From Halocafeteria seosinensis (Eukaryota), in the NCBI GenBank assembly GCA_001687465.1, contig LVLI01000231.1:1-64000 (forward strand): DNA of 64,000 nt, read 5' to 3'. Positions 48,390 to 61,800 of the stretch are shown here, piece after piece. A model generated the notes under the pieces. The model was not told where the DNA came from. It ran no database searches and worked only from the letters and a program-made list of their open reading frames with translations. The position numbers were made by a program, and so were the translations under genes. Positions within the stretch are counted from its first letter, which is position 1; every line of letters starts with the position of its first letter.

Positions 48390-50269
48390 ATGAGGCAGAG
48401 TTTCGGGCGGCATCTTCGCCTACCCCATCCAGCACGACAATGGAGTACGAGACACTCTCTGCCATGGATGGGCGTGTCTGCAGCTGCTTCACGGACTGCT
48501 CTTTCCACCCAATTCAACAGTACACTGGGTGCACGCTCGATGACCATCAACCCGGACGAAGGTGAGACTCCATTTCGAACGACGCGTTTCGGAGAGGGAT
48601 AATGATCCGCGCTGTGCTGAACTCTCTGTGTCACAGGTCCCTTGGAGGAAGTGCCACAGTCTTGGAAGGGTATCAAGCGATTCTACGATTACGCGTCCGT
48701 AGGTGCACTAGCAGAAGATGGTACGCAAATTGAAGATCCTTCCCAATGTCCGGATAAGGTGCGTTCTCTGGGGGACATTGTTGCGATGGGAAAAATACGC
48801 CTCTGAACCGGCTAGCTTCCTCGCAGGTAGCTTCTTGGCAAGTACTTATTCAAGATCGAGTATTGCGCACCAAAGCCTTGAATGAACTGATGGTAAGTCT
48901 TGTCTATTTTTGCGCTGAAGAAAACCTTTGAACCAAACTCTAGTTTACGTTCGCAGGTTCCAAACAAAGAGGTAGCACTGGCGGTCTGTGGCGAGTACCT
49001 AATGCAAGGGGAATACATTATCCCGGCTACCACGCCAATTGTACGTGCTGTATTTGCAGTTTCGCTCTAGCCGATAGCATTCATTTAACGTATTTGGTAT
49101 GGTCATTGCAGTACAATCTCGTTTGTTTTGCTATTGATCAATACCATATGGACGATGAAGCATCTCAGGCCGCTTCTGAAGTAGTACAGGAAGTAATGAG
49201 AAAGAAAGGATTAACCATTGATTCTCAGGTTGATGCACCGGAAGCGTCGTCGGAGGGATCAGAGTTGAACACGGGCCCTGATCAAAGCGGGAATATGAGA
49301 GAAGATCCTAATAGACCGGAGATACGCTACGGACTGCGGTCCATGGGTGCCATCTCTGGCGCATTTGGCTCGAATTCGAGTCAGCGTCCGCTTGGGTTGG
49401 AGAGCCTTAACAAGCGAGAAAATATCACCGACCGTGAAGTATTGGGTACGGGAGAAACCCAGCGATTAAGAGAACTTCTCAAGGACTATTTGGAAACTGA
49501 CTCTGCTTGTTATCGGGTGGCCCTGGATGGAAAAGACCCAGAGGAGGCGTTGTTGAGAAGACGTCAAGAGCAATATTATCAGCCTTTGCTTGATTGGTTT
49601 CAATCCACGTTTGGCGTGCAGCTGGGTACAACAGAGGGATTTGCGGATGTCAGACACCCGACAGAAGCATACGAGATAATAGAAGACGTCGTAGATGCGG
49701 CCGATCCGTATCTGCGTGCCGCACTATCTAGTGCTGTGGGGTGTGTTCACTCTACAGTTATAGCTATGGCCTTTATATACGGTCATATATCGGTAGATCA
49801 AGCGTTTGAGGCAAGCCGCGTGGAAGAAGAGTACCAAATTGAAATCTATGGTTTTGTAGAAGACGGCCATGATAATTCCAGGGCCCATACACGTTTGCAG
49901 CTTGCAAGTATTGCTTCATTGCTGCGAATGCTACCTCAGTCCAGACCTAGAACAGCTCTGGAGCCTTTACAAGAGAAACTGGATGCAGGGAAGTCGTTTA
50001 CAGAAAGCGAGCTGCAGAGCGAAATGGAGGCACGTTTGAATAGAGTTAGACAGCGACGAATGTTTGATCGGGCGAAGTTGATAATTGAACGGGAAGAACG
50101 GGAGAAGGTTCAGGCAGCATTGAGAAACCAGGGCCATACGAAAGACCCTTCGCAAATGTCAGACTTAGAAATTCTTACAGAGGAACTGGAAAATGTGCAG
50201 AGATCCATGAATCGCATCGCTATTGATGCTGGAATGAAACCTCCACATTCTCACCTTGAAGATAAATAA
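48390..50269 (+). CDS. ATP12: Mitochondrial F1-ATPase assembly factor 2
   Basis: Presequence, KRFY, RVLRT, VPNKEVALAV, PL|YNLVCFAID, YLETDSACY, ASRVEEEYQIEIYGFVEDGHD; 4 introns. Confidence 0.87.
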
Positions 50270-50434
50270 CACAGTTGGTAACTTCACAGTGGTATCTTGA
50301 TTCACTACTACCAGGTAGTCTAGTACTTAGTAAGGCTACACCAGGGATATTTGATAAATGTGAGCAATATTTACCCTGGATCCCGCGATACATGACTTCC
50401 CCGAGTGAGGAGAAGGGGTCCCTAGTTTTCGGCG

Positions 50435-51718
50435 ATGGCAAGTGGAGGGGATATGTGGACGTTTAGTGGAGAAGACATCTCACGGGCTCCCTCCATTGCA
50501 GAGGACAGTGTACCTCAGAGTTTAATGGAGCAGGCTCTATCGAAGACATGCTTAGTGATTCAAAGGACAGCAGCGCATTTATTCGGAGTGAACAAGTATG
50601 TGGGCCCTGGAAAGGGACATGAAAGATAAACCAGGGTATTTTGAACATACCACCAAGAACCATGGTCTGCAGAAGCCACTCTCGGAACGTAGCCTCAATC
50701 GCCATGATAATGGTGCACAGATTCTATATGAGGCAGTCTTTACAGAAACATGATCGCTATGTAAGTGCTTAATGCTTGGATAGAATTAGTAGTATGGTGC
50801 GTAACAGGGGGAGTCCAACTACTCTGCAGAAAATTGCAGCGGCAGCCTTGTTTGCTGCTGCAAAAACAGAAGAGTCTCCAAAGAAACTCGTTGAATTAAT
50901 CAAGGCATTCCAACAGGTAATTCAACAAGATGCCGATCCACATTCGGATGTAAGTGAGACGTGCTGGAGCTTATCGTGCTTTTGCCTCGTGGACAGCGGT
51001 GTGAGATTGATAGCAGGCATTTAAGAGGATGTCACGAGATGTGCTTCTGAAAGAGAGAATACTGCTGAATACGTTGGAGTTTGATTTTGATATAGTTTTG
51101 CCCTACCCCACCATTTCGGAATGTCTGAAAGTAATCAACAAACGTAGGTTCACTATGGCCAAGGAATTGTCGACATAGGTGCACTATCCCTTTCTTTGCA
51201 GATGGTAGCTCATGGGGGCAGGATTCTTCAGATCGACGAGAAGAATTAAAGAAGCTTGCTTCTGTAGCTCATATGCTGGCGTATGATTGGTATGTACTAC
51301 TGCAAGAGTATGATGCTTTAGTCTCTTTGGGACGCATGTTCGGTGATATTACAATGTTGCAGCATACGTATCGGTTTGCCACTTCAATATTCTGCTGAGG
51401 AGATTGGTGTTGGATGTGTCATCCTCGCGTCGAAATTAATGAAGATAAACATGGAGTACACTAATGTTGAGCTGTTTAGAAACTGCTCCGTAAGTGACCT
51501 CTGCAGTCGTAACTGGATCAAAGACAGATGGGGGTACCTACTCGAGTACTTCTTTGCAGGGCGACCGGTTAGCAGCATTGACGAATAAGTTCGTCGCTTG
51601 GATGGAGCAAGGAGTGAAGCCAGGGATAAAATTGAGCCGCAGGAGCAGCAATCAAACTCCCGAAAGCAGCCCCCTCACTCCCGCTTCCGACGCACCTCTA
51701 AAACGACAGAAGACATGA
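50435..51718 (+). CDS. Transcriptional cyclin (cyclin T/K-like)
   Basis: Spliced WTFSGEDISRAPS, VHRFYMRQSLQKHDRY|KIAAAALFAAAKTEESPKKL, ERILLNTLEFDFDIVLPY, LQYSAEEIG; 6 introns. Confidence 0.85.
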
Positions 51719-52278
51719 TCAGTTTTTTTAAGAGGACGAGTTCTCGGTTCTCTCTTGTGTCACAGAATTGCACTACTCTTGCTGTAGAGTCTCTACAGTA
51801 GAGGTGTAGAGTTGATCGATAGTCTTTGTCGATCGATGGTAGATCTCTATCATTCGTGACACAAATTAATGATCGATCACGCCTTGGTACGGCGGCGCGC
51901 CGTGCATTTGAATTCCTCAGCTCAGGGATCAAACTTCAACTTGTGGGAGGCAGACAGAGCAAAATATACACCTTATACGTTGATTATACCAAATAATTGT
52001 TTCATGTTGTAGCTAGAAGTGGGAAATGTGGGATACCAATGGAGCAGGGGCCTTGAGTGTTATGAAATTGGATAAAATTGTAGTGTCTTTTTGAAAATAC
52101 CCCACACAATCAATTATACAGCACGATCAGGACCGATATCTCATTCCTCTTGAGGAGAAAATCTGGCTTTATCTGCTAATAATCTCACACAGGAAACATG
52201 TACACTGGCTGCCAAAAGCACACATAGAAAACAGCAGGAGGGGCAGAAAGGAATTCAAACGGCGCACCGTGAAGTGAC

Positions 52279-54737
52279 ATGGGAATTGTGCAGGGAGATG
52301 CTCCACGATCCTCTCTCGAATCCGTCTGTGTTGAACTGGAGAAGGGGAGTAAAGTACTGGCCCAAAATGTCGACAGTTCTCCACAAGCTAAAAATCTGGA
52401 GAATGCACTAAAAGTACACATTAAAGCGAACTCGACCACGGAGAATGAGGAATCGTGTTCACAGAGGCTGTTCGAAAGCACCAATGCATTTTTAGCAGCC
52501 TTATCTCGAGCCCCCCGAGATTCAAACGTCGTCAGTCATTCTCGTGAATTCCGCAAATGGGCCACTTGCGTGCCTGCGCTTGTACAAATAAACGGGTTTG
52601 ATAGCACGCTTGTTAGAGCAGCACTACGTGCCTGCAAGAGCGGACTTGCAATTCGCAGCATCGTGGATGAAGAAGAGAATGACGATGTGAACAAAGGAGA
52701 GCTTGTCTCCAGAAGTACACTGCAATCTCTTTGTGCACGCATGGTCTCGGCGAACAATTGTCCGCGAGCAAGTTTAGAAGAGGCAGTTTGTTTCATTTCA
52801 TCGCACCTCATATTTGCTTCAGATAACTTCATTTTGCTGAATCTCTTTGCAAGAACGTTGGTGCGGATCTGCTCCTCTTTGAAATTCATTTCCCGAGGTT
52901 ATCGCAGGCTTACCTTTAATGCAGCCTATAGATGTGTTATATGCTTGTTGAGAATCGCATCCTCCTATGCCTCAAATATTGGCAGTGTGCTTCCACTCTC
53001 GGAAGCAGCGACGGTTCCAGTACAACAAAGGACCCATAGTGACAATTATCAGTCAATGAAGGTTGTCAAGTTTATTCTGGAGCATGTGCATTCTATTGTA
53101 GACTCACTAGCTATGGGTAAGACGCTGGGCACTAAGTTGGTGGATGGAATCGTTGACATCGCATCAAAGTTGGCAACCCTTCGGGTTTCGGGCCCTGAAG
53201 AAGACAGTCAAGGACAAGGGAAAACTGCTGTGTCTATTCTGAATGAAGAAGTGATTCCACGTCTAGTTGCTCTTTGCACAAGGTACGCATTCGTTAAGGA
53301 AACCCCTTATACGTGATCTTTGTGAATCCTGAACTGTTTTATGGCCATGCAATACACAGTCTTACTCGTGGTGCTATACGGAGCGAGGAAGAAACGAAGG
53401 GTCAAAGAGGAAACAACTACATTGACTCTATGTCTAAGCTACGGGCCACCGTGAAGTATGTCATTTATTCGGTGAAGGACCGCGGAGATGGTTCTGGTGC
53501 TGCCGGTAGTTTGCTTCTGGTCAGCGCACTGCTCAACTATGCACTCGCTACCGACGAACCTGCGGGAAAGCTCTCAATAATTTCGGAGCATCTTTTTGAT
53601 ATAATGCCAGACCTTCTCGAATTGATTCACCGTTCACGAGTGTTCATGAGGATATCTTCCTTTGACAGAAGTCAGATGATTTCGGAGCGACAAAGTGACT
53701 CGGGAATATCTCAAGGATATTTGTGTGTCCCGAATAGTTTGCTTCTGGAATGTATACGTTGCTTACAGAGAGTGTATCTGACAAAGTTTTTATACGAATC
53801 CAGAGTTCAAGGCTTGAATAACTCTATAGGGGAGAGTTGGACGAAGATACTGACCCACCGTTCTACCTTTGTCCGCAATGTTGCTTGCTTGGCCTTACAG
53901 TCTATGCAGGTGTCGTTTCATTGTTGCACCAGCCGTCTCTCTAAGGCATCACAACATCGATTTAACGAGGCAATCGGTTGCTATAGCAAGACATTGTGTC
54001 TCCTTGGGGCAGCTGGTGTTAAACAAGTTCTGCCTTCGATGAGGGGAATTTGTGTCCTGAGTTCCCTGTACCTACGTGGCGTATCGGCTACAGCGGAGGG
54101 TATCACTAAAGAATACTTGAATTATGTATATGATGAATCCACAGATGTTCATTTGGACAAGTGGTGGTCGAGTGATACCGAATTTGATATCATAAAGGAC
54201 GGCGAGTTCAAACAGACTAATGATACATTCATCCAGTGTATGATGGGTATTGTCAGGAAGCTCGCGATTTCAAATAACAACGATAACCTCTCACCCATAG
54301 TGAACTTGCGTGCAAGTTTGGCCTTCCTCCTTGCCGATCACCAGTCTCGCGGATTATTGCAGGAAAAACAAGTACTCCAGGAGCTTTTTCCGGTTCTCTC
54401 GCAGTGTTATACACAGTTTCAAAATGGACAAGCAGGTTCGCAGTGGCTGCTTTGTACCGAGGCGGTCAGGTACGTCCAGCGATGTTTGCCGTAATTTGAG
54501 GCTTGAATGATAGCTTTTGTTTTACGTTGCAGATTGGTCATTCTACTCGCACGATTCCGTCAGTTTTCAGCTTCAGAAGATAACCTGTCAACACTGCAGA
54601 GTATGGCCAAGAGCTTGATAACAAAGTCTTTCTACCCGCAGGACGAAGGACCTTTGTGGTTTAAAGTGGTGGAATCATCGTCAGAAGAACGCTTTGATGT
54701 ACTCAAGGATCTACAGACACTGATGACAGAAGAATGA
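52279..54737 (+). CDS. Hypothetical alpha-helical protein, at least 3 exons (start uncertain)
   Basis: ORFs 52279, 53313 and 54507 are joined in frame by GT-AG introns at about 53282-53358 and 54469-54532. Confidence 0.65.
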
Positions 54738-54748
54738 GCAAACGAGCA

Positions 54749-55415
54749 TTAGGACTCGTCGGCTTCGCTTTCCTCGTTCTCTTCTTGCTCCAAGAGCTCA
54801 AGCACACGCAGGTTTGACTGATAGTCTTCTGCGAATTCGGAGAGCACAAATGCAACAAACATAGCATGTGGGTAAATGGACAGCCGAGCCCGATCTTAAC
54901 GTACCGTCAGCTTCCTCTGGCTGATCTTCTTCCTCCGGATCCGGTCCATATTTTTCGCTGTATAACGCCTTTTCTTGCATCTGTCAACACGTCCACCACA
55001 ATTATAACGTATTTTTATGTCTTAGAACAAAGGCCAAATCCGACGCTCAGCCTTTGTGGCTACTCACTTGTAACTCTGTTAGCTGGTCTAGGATATGATT
55101 TTGAGCTGCCGCCACTCGTCCATGAAGCCTCATCAATTCCTCGTGGCTTAGAGACGTCAAATACGATTCTTGGGGTCTAAAGGCAGGTGTCAAGGCAGTG
55201 ACAGGCCCCAACTCGGTGTCGGAGGCCTCATACTCGGATGAACTTGATCCTTCAGCTTGTGCAGAGGCTTGATTGTTGTTGTTGTTGCTGGTGCTTCTAG
55301 CGGCACTGGCAGACTCGCTGGCGCTCCGACGAGTGTACGATGAAGAAGCAGCACCAGCTGCCGCTGATGCTGAAGAGGCAGATGACCTATTAGCCGATCG
55401 TGATGCGCTTGACAT
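54749..55415 (-). CDS. Hypothetical protein, S/A-rich N-terminus and acidic C-terminus, 3 exons
   Basis: MSSASRSANR...DQLTELQ|MQEKALYSEKYGPDPEEEDQPEEAD|EDYQSNLRVLELLEQEEENEESEADES*; GT-AG junctions in frame. Confidence 0.65.
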
Positions 55416-55573
55416 CTTTGTCGAAAATGAGTGAGCGATTGAAAACACAACGAAAACCTAACAATCCCAGTGCTGACAAGCCGTATTCAAAGGATACTTG
55501 CAGTACGTCTTATTGCCAATGGTTTGTTGAAGCAGAAGAACTAGCTCATGCTCAGCTCGAGAGCAACACCAAA

Positions 55574-56661
55574 ATGTCATCAGCTTTTTTAGGATCATGC
55601 TTCTCTGGAATTTCTAGACGGTATCCGGCTTCGAGGCTGCGAAGATTACGCGCCGATGAGTGGCGAAGGAACCTGGTCCGAGAGACTACCATTACACCGA
55701 ATGACCTTATCTGGCCGGTGTTCGTTACCGAAGGCGAGGGAAAAACAGAGAGCATCCCGGCGATGCCGAATGTCAACAGATATAGTATAGATAGATTGAA
55801 ACCTGAAGTGGAAAAGGCTCACGAACTAGGTACGTAAAGTTCTCTGAACCCGACGTTTGTTGGCACACTATGAGCTATTCCATGCGGACAGGGATTAATG
55901 CAATTGCTCTATTTCCCGTTGTGGAAAACAAATCGGCTACCGGTGAGGAAGCCTTGAGCAATTCCAATCTCATCTGCAGAACGGCACGAGAACTGAAGAG
56001 GGAATTTCCTAATGTGGGACTCATCGGCGATGTCGCTCTGGATCCTTATACAACTCACGGTCACGACGGAGTGATCGATGAAGAAGGCTACGTCCTGAAT
56101 GACAAGACAGTGAAAATACTCGTCGATCAAGCCTTGAATCAGGCAGACGCAGGATTCGATGTCATTGCTCCTTCAGATATGCAAGATGGGAGAATTGGAG
56201 CTATCAGAAGTGCTTTGGAGAAGCACGAGTATCATAATACACTAATACTCAGTTACGCAGCGAAATACGCCTCTGCATTCTACGGACCTTTCCGCAGTGC
56301 TGTGGGCTCTGCCAGCAATCTGGGATTAAAAGATAAGAGGACGTATCAGCAAGACCCCGCCAATGGCAATGAAGCTATCCAAGAGGCCCTCATGGATATT
56401 CAGGAAGGGGCAGATATTCTGATGGTAAAGCCTGGATTGCCTTATCTTGATGTGATCTATCGAATTAAACAAGCGACCGAGGTGCCCGTGTTCGCTTACC
56501 AAGTATCGGGAGAATATTCCATGATACAGCATGCTGTCGAGCAAAAGCTGCTAGATAAAAAGCAGGCTATTCTGGAGTTGCTAACTTGTTTCAAACGAGC
56601 AGGTTGTGATGCCATTTTGAGCTACGACGCCATCTCTATGGCGGAAGCACTGAAAACGTAA
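55574..56661 (+). CDS. hemB: Delta-aminolevulinic acid dehydratase (porphobilinogen synthase), Zn-independent Asp-rich type
   Basis: RLRRLR, DVALDPYTTHGHDG, APSDMQDGR, SYAAKYASAFYGPFR, DILMVKPG, AYQVSGEY; intron 55830-55891. Confidence 0.96.
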
Positions 56662-57510
56662 TATTTCTCCAGAGTGAATAAACTGCACTCACCCTACCTA
56701 CCCCCGTTGTTTTGAATACCACCATCGTCTTCCCGCAGCCGTGTGGTCGAACTTCAAAAACGAGGAGCCCCTTGCCCGACCCGGGGCAGGGAGGTCCGCG
56801 CAGAACGATTGGTCTGTATTCCCGATATTGTTGGTGCATAGAGTCGAAATTTTTCAGCAAGAGACTTTTGTGTTTGTGGATTTTCCCCATCTTGTTGAAG
56901 CTTGTTCTTGGAGCCTGCATGCTTGTAGCAGCGACGACAAAAACGAGGCAAAAAGTTCGCCTTTTTTTGAAATACGCCCCGAAATACTGCCTTCTTGCGC
57001 ATTATACACGTCTTTTCATGTGATTCACTTGGCATCATAAGTTTGCCAGTTCATTCTAGATTCGCGTATTGAGCTCAGGTATGTACTAGAGTGTCCTGGT
57101 AGCATTGAAAAAGGAAGGCGCGTAGAGGGAGAAAGAGTCGTCCCACACGGTCTTTTACCGACTTTCTTTTTTGGAGTTTTTTGAATTAGGCAAGCGCTTG
57201 ACCCATTCAAATGGGAGAGGAAGTGTGCGTTGAGAACGCTCCCCGACATTCCTGTGGCCCCTCTATGGATTTTTTGTGTGTTCCGTCGGTTTTGCTCTCT
57301 GTCATATCCTTGTCTATCCTGCCGAAGTTGCTTGGATAATGATCACGATCCACTGGATACCTTTCTGCAGCCGGAAAGATCCAGAATTCAAACGCTCGAG
57401 TGTGAGGACGATCTAACCGTTTTTTTTGTTTTTTTTTTGGTCGGTGGTGTGCTGCGGATAAGGAACTCTGGCCTATGTGTACTCGTGAATGATTAGGCGA
57501 GGATACTGCA

Positions 57511-58816
57511 ATGTCAAATAAGAGACCCCGTTTAACGAGCCTCTGCAAAGGAGGATGGACGGAAGAAGTAAGCCACTGAGGCCGTGCGACTTCATTGGGC
57601 GAGTTTCTTAGATATACTTTGCACAATTGTTTCACAGGAAGATGAGAAATTGAAAGAACTTGTCTTATCACTTGGAGCGAAGAAATGGTCATACATTGCT
57701 CAGCAACTTCCGGGAAGGGTAGGCAAGCAATGTCGGGAGAGGTTTGTACAGTCCAGCCAGCATAATGTCGTCAACACGGCTAAACACTGCATTTAGTGCT
57801 TACAGATGGCACAATCACTTGAATCCTGAGATAAGAAAGGAACCTTGGAGCCATGAGGAGGATTGCATGATATACGAAGCTCATCAACATTTTGGCAACA
57901 GGTGGGCAGATATTGCGAAGTTATTACCGGGAAGGTAGGCATCGTTCAAGAATATCGCTGTAGAATCAGTTCCAAGGTTTTAGGGAAATGTGACTTATAC
58001 AGGACGGATAACTCTATCAAAAACCACTGGAACTCAAGCATGCGTCGGAAATCGGGAGACGCTTCCTCTGAATACGCCTCCGCTGCTGCAAGGAAGAAGG
58101 TAAAACTTGCAGCAGCCAAAATACAAAAGAATGAGCCCCTGGATAGCTCATGCATGTTCACTTCCGCGGATTTACCTGCCGGAGCACGAAAGAACAAAAG
58201 TAAAGACGACAAATCTGCTTATAAAAGGAAGACTCGGCATTTTCCTCGTTATAATGAAAAGCAGCAGAGGAAAGCTACGAAACGACGGGATCCGACTTCT
58301 TCCCCTAACAGCACAGACGAGAATATGGAAACCTCAGGGACCAGTGTCTGCTACACAAACGGAAGCAATCAAGACTACCATTCCTCTTCATCCGAATGGT
58401 TTACCACCCCTCCTCCGAAAGACCGGTCCGCAGATCCCACGGGTCTCTGTACCCAGTCCTCTGGAACGCTTCCCCCGAGTGCTTCTCCTTATTCTTCCGT
58501 TCAGCGAGAAATAAACAACGGTTTCGATGAAGAATACTTGAAGCGTCAGTTCTTCAATGGTGACTCAACGCCCGATAGAAAGCGTCCTCGAAAAATGGGA
58601 GCTGAGTCGCCAGGTTCCCCAGGTAGTTTCCCTACTGACATGACCCCACAGACGACAACCCCGGGAAGATACGGATGCGCTTCAGATCACGAGATGGAGT
58701 ACCCTGGAGAGGGTGTACTGCAGAGTTTGTTATCCTCACCAGCGCGGAGTTTAACATCTCCAGGACGTACACGGACACGCCAATCTCCTTTCCATGCAGA
58801 TGGGGGACTAATGTAA
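57511..58816 (+). CDS. R2R3-MYB transcription factor
   Basis: KGGWTEE|EDEKL...WSYIA..LPGRVGKQCRER|WHNHLNP...WSHEED...GNRWADIAKLLPGR|TDNSIKNHWNS; 3 introns. Confidence 0.93.
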
Positions 58817-58848
58817 GATAGGTGTATTTTCCTTCTTCCTTACTACAG

Positions 58849-61800
58849 CTAGGCTTCTATAGAGCCCAGTTTTAAGAATTGACAAATTTGTTCTAACAGG
58901 TATGAAGTTACATAACTATCGGCTGTCAACTCATTTACCGTAATAGCTATAGTTGTTCCACTCTTGGCTTCCGTAACAAGCAGCGACCCTCCCAATGCGA
59001 ACATGCCATAACCGGAATACTCAGTCTTGTCGCTTCGCTTGAATCCAACGGGGCGGAAACCGTACGAACGACAAGCTTCTAAAGGAACGGAACCAATATT
59101 GCAAACGTGATGCACACCACCGATTTTAGCACTGGTTGATTCAGGAATACGCTCAGGTATATAAACTACAGCTTTGCTGGCTTCCATATCAATGGCAGGG
59201 GCATCGACGCGCTCTCCGTTGACATATAGGACACGCTCCACATCTCGACTAAGAGCTTCGCGTGTCTTCTGGTCAGAAACATCACAATTGAATACTAATT
59301 GAGATTCATTTCTACCCTCAGTTTGGGAAATGTTCTTGAAAAAGCTGTCTCCCAATGCCGCTAAGGCTCGTGCAGAAGAACGAATATTTGATGCAGGAAG
59401 AGTAACATCCTTAAGCTTTTCCATGTTGAACACACGCGGATCCATAATATGCTCCTTGCCACCCGAAGTAAGGGTTCCAAATTCTTCCAAACCGGAATCA
59501 TTCATCCGGCCTGCAAAGTCCATAGCTGCCATGGCCGCACTCAGTGTCACAGCATTATTTTGGCCTTCTTCGTCTTCGCTTGAATCATCAGCAACCGACT
59601 GTTGAATGTGTACGCGGGCTACTTCACTATCAATTTCCCCCGTTAGTCCACCTGGGAGCCTCAATGTCTCCCGATTCGGGCGAAAATCGCAGGTATTTTC
59701 GGTAGACTGAAGATCAATCTGCCGTTCAGACTTCCCAAGTATCACTCCAGCCATGCGAGACCGAAAGCTTTCTAAATCAGATTGAGAACAGCTTTGGAAG
59801 CCACAGAACATTTCTTCGGGGACAGCAATCAGCTCGCCTATGACTTGTTGCAACACTGTCCCGGCCTTAGAATCAAGGAGATTCTCCAGCAGCCCGCCTA
59901 CAGCCCAACCCCAGCCCAAGTACAAGTGTGTCAACAACTCAGCTGGATTGCTGGGACCACACGGAACTATTGAGGAAGCTTTATTCTTTTCATCTGTCGG
60001 TAGTGTGAGCAAGCTCGGTTCCGCTTTGGCTACGCCGTCGAGCATGTTCGCCCACTTGTCTGTCGTTAAATGATTAGATGATAGGTCCTCTGGGCAATAC
60101 GATTCTACCCCACTCTTGCATAGAAGCAACTCCCGGATTGTGCAGCGAGCTTTACCCCCAGCGCCAAACTCGGGCCAAAAGCTCGAGACTGCTTTGTCCA
60201 AACTAGACAGTTTACCAGAGGTGAGCTGGTGATTCAGTGCGGCTGCAACTACGGCTCTAGAAACGCCATAAATGGGGAAGAGCGTAGCCGGCGTGACTGG
60301 GCGAGGGTCCAGTGAGCCCATCTTCCCTGCTGCAAGATCCGTTAGGACTTTCCCTTCTTGCATCACGCACACCTGAGCCCCCAAAATATGGCCTTGATCA
60401 AAGAGCGTACCTAGAATATTCTGCAACTGTTCTTCAAGATCACTAAGCGGCTTTCGTAACTTCTGAGGACTAGCTGGAGCACCTTCGGAACTGAGTAGCA
60501 TACTGTAGTTCTTCGCAAGACTTCGCGAGGCGAGGACGTTTTCTTGCAAGGGATAAACATTTCTCTGGGCGTGTAAGTGGCGGGGGAAACGCCTAAGCAT
60601 TGCTATGCGCGCACTTCCCGACATGACGGACATGAACTTCAGTCGAGTATCGAGTTGTACACACAGTCCCTGCAACAATTCAGATGCACGCAAAAAGAAC
60701 ATGAGATCACTCGGCCAAGCCTCCAACTTTCGTTCCTCTTTTCCTTCTTCTTTTTCGGCTTCTCGTGCCTTCTTGACACGCTTGGAGCGAGCTGCATGCT
60801 CTTTCCGTGCTTCGTCTGCAGGCTTTGCATCTCGAAACATATGCTGTAAATTCTCCAGATCTTCGCTAACAGATTCTCGATTAAACTTCATTCCCATCTT
60901 GTCGAAACTCTCAAGGACCCCGGCATAGTCCATTTCTTCTCCGGAAATTACCATTTGGCAAAATGCGTAGCGCATATGATCATTTAATTGCTTTGTCAGT
61001 CCAAAATCTATAAGCACAGGAACCCAATCATCGTCGTGTCCGTGCGCCAAGGACAGTAGTGATGCAGTTTCATCATCAGGTTCGTCATGAATGTCTTGCC
61101 ATGATACCTGCGGTTTCTCAGTCTCTGGATCGCATTGGTATCGATCCCGGAGCAATTTCTGCAAATCTGGTTCGCTTTTCCGCAACGTCTTCCTTTTCAC
61201 AACCAAAATGTTTCCAGGATGGGGATCTCCGTTAAAGACACCGTTGATGTAGATTTGGCAACCATAAGCCGAGCAGACGTCCGAAACCAGTTTTTCTCTG
61301 TCTACACCAGCCTCATCCAACGCCTGGCGGTCACTAACCTTGATTCCATCTACAAACCGCATTACTAGAGCCCGTGGCCCATAAAGCCCTGGGATAACTC
61401 GCGGCAAGGTAACATTAAGCCCTGATCTGGCCATGTTATGTCTGACGCATATCATATTTCTGGCTTCTTTTTCGAAGTCAAGTTCATTTTGGACTTCCTT
61501 GCTCCATTCCTCCATTACGCTTTTAATATCTAGATTCGGTGACACCAATCCAAGGAGAGTGAGTACATGATGTAAATTCTTTAGGTCCTGTCGCAGGATT
61601 CTGTCCATTCCTCGATGCTGAACCTTTATGGCCACAGCACTACCATCACGTAGACTTCCCTTGTGTACTTGTGCAATAGACGCAGAAGCAAGTGCGTACG
61701 GATCAATATGGCTAAAGAGCTGGTCAGGGTCTTGTTTAACATCCTCACTAATGGTTTGCATTATCTCCGTAAGCGGTCTGGCGGGCATGCCGTCCTGAAG

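Noticed and set aside
56636..57500. Short overlapping ORFs between hemB and MYB
   Set aside because: No recognisable motifs or consistent exon structure; likely UTR or promoter sequence.
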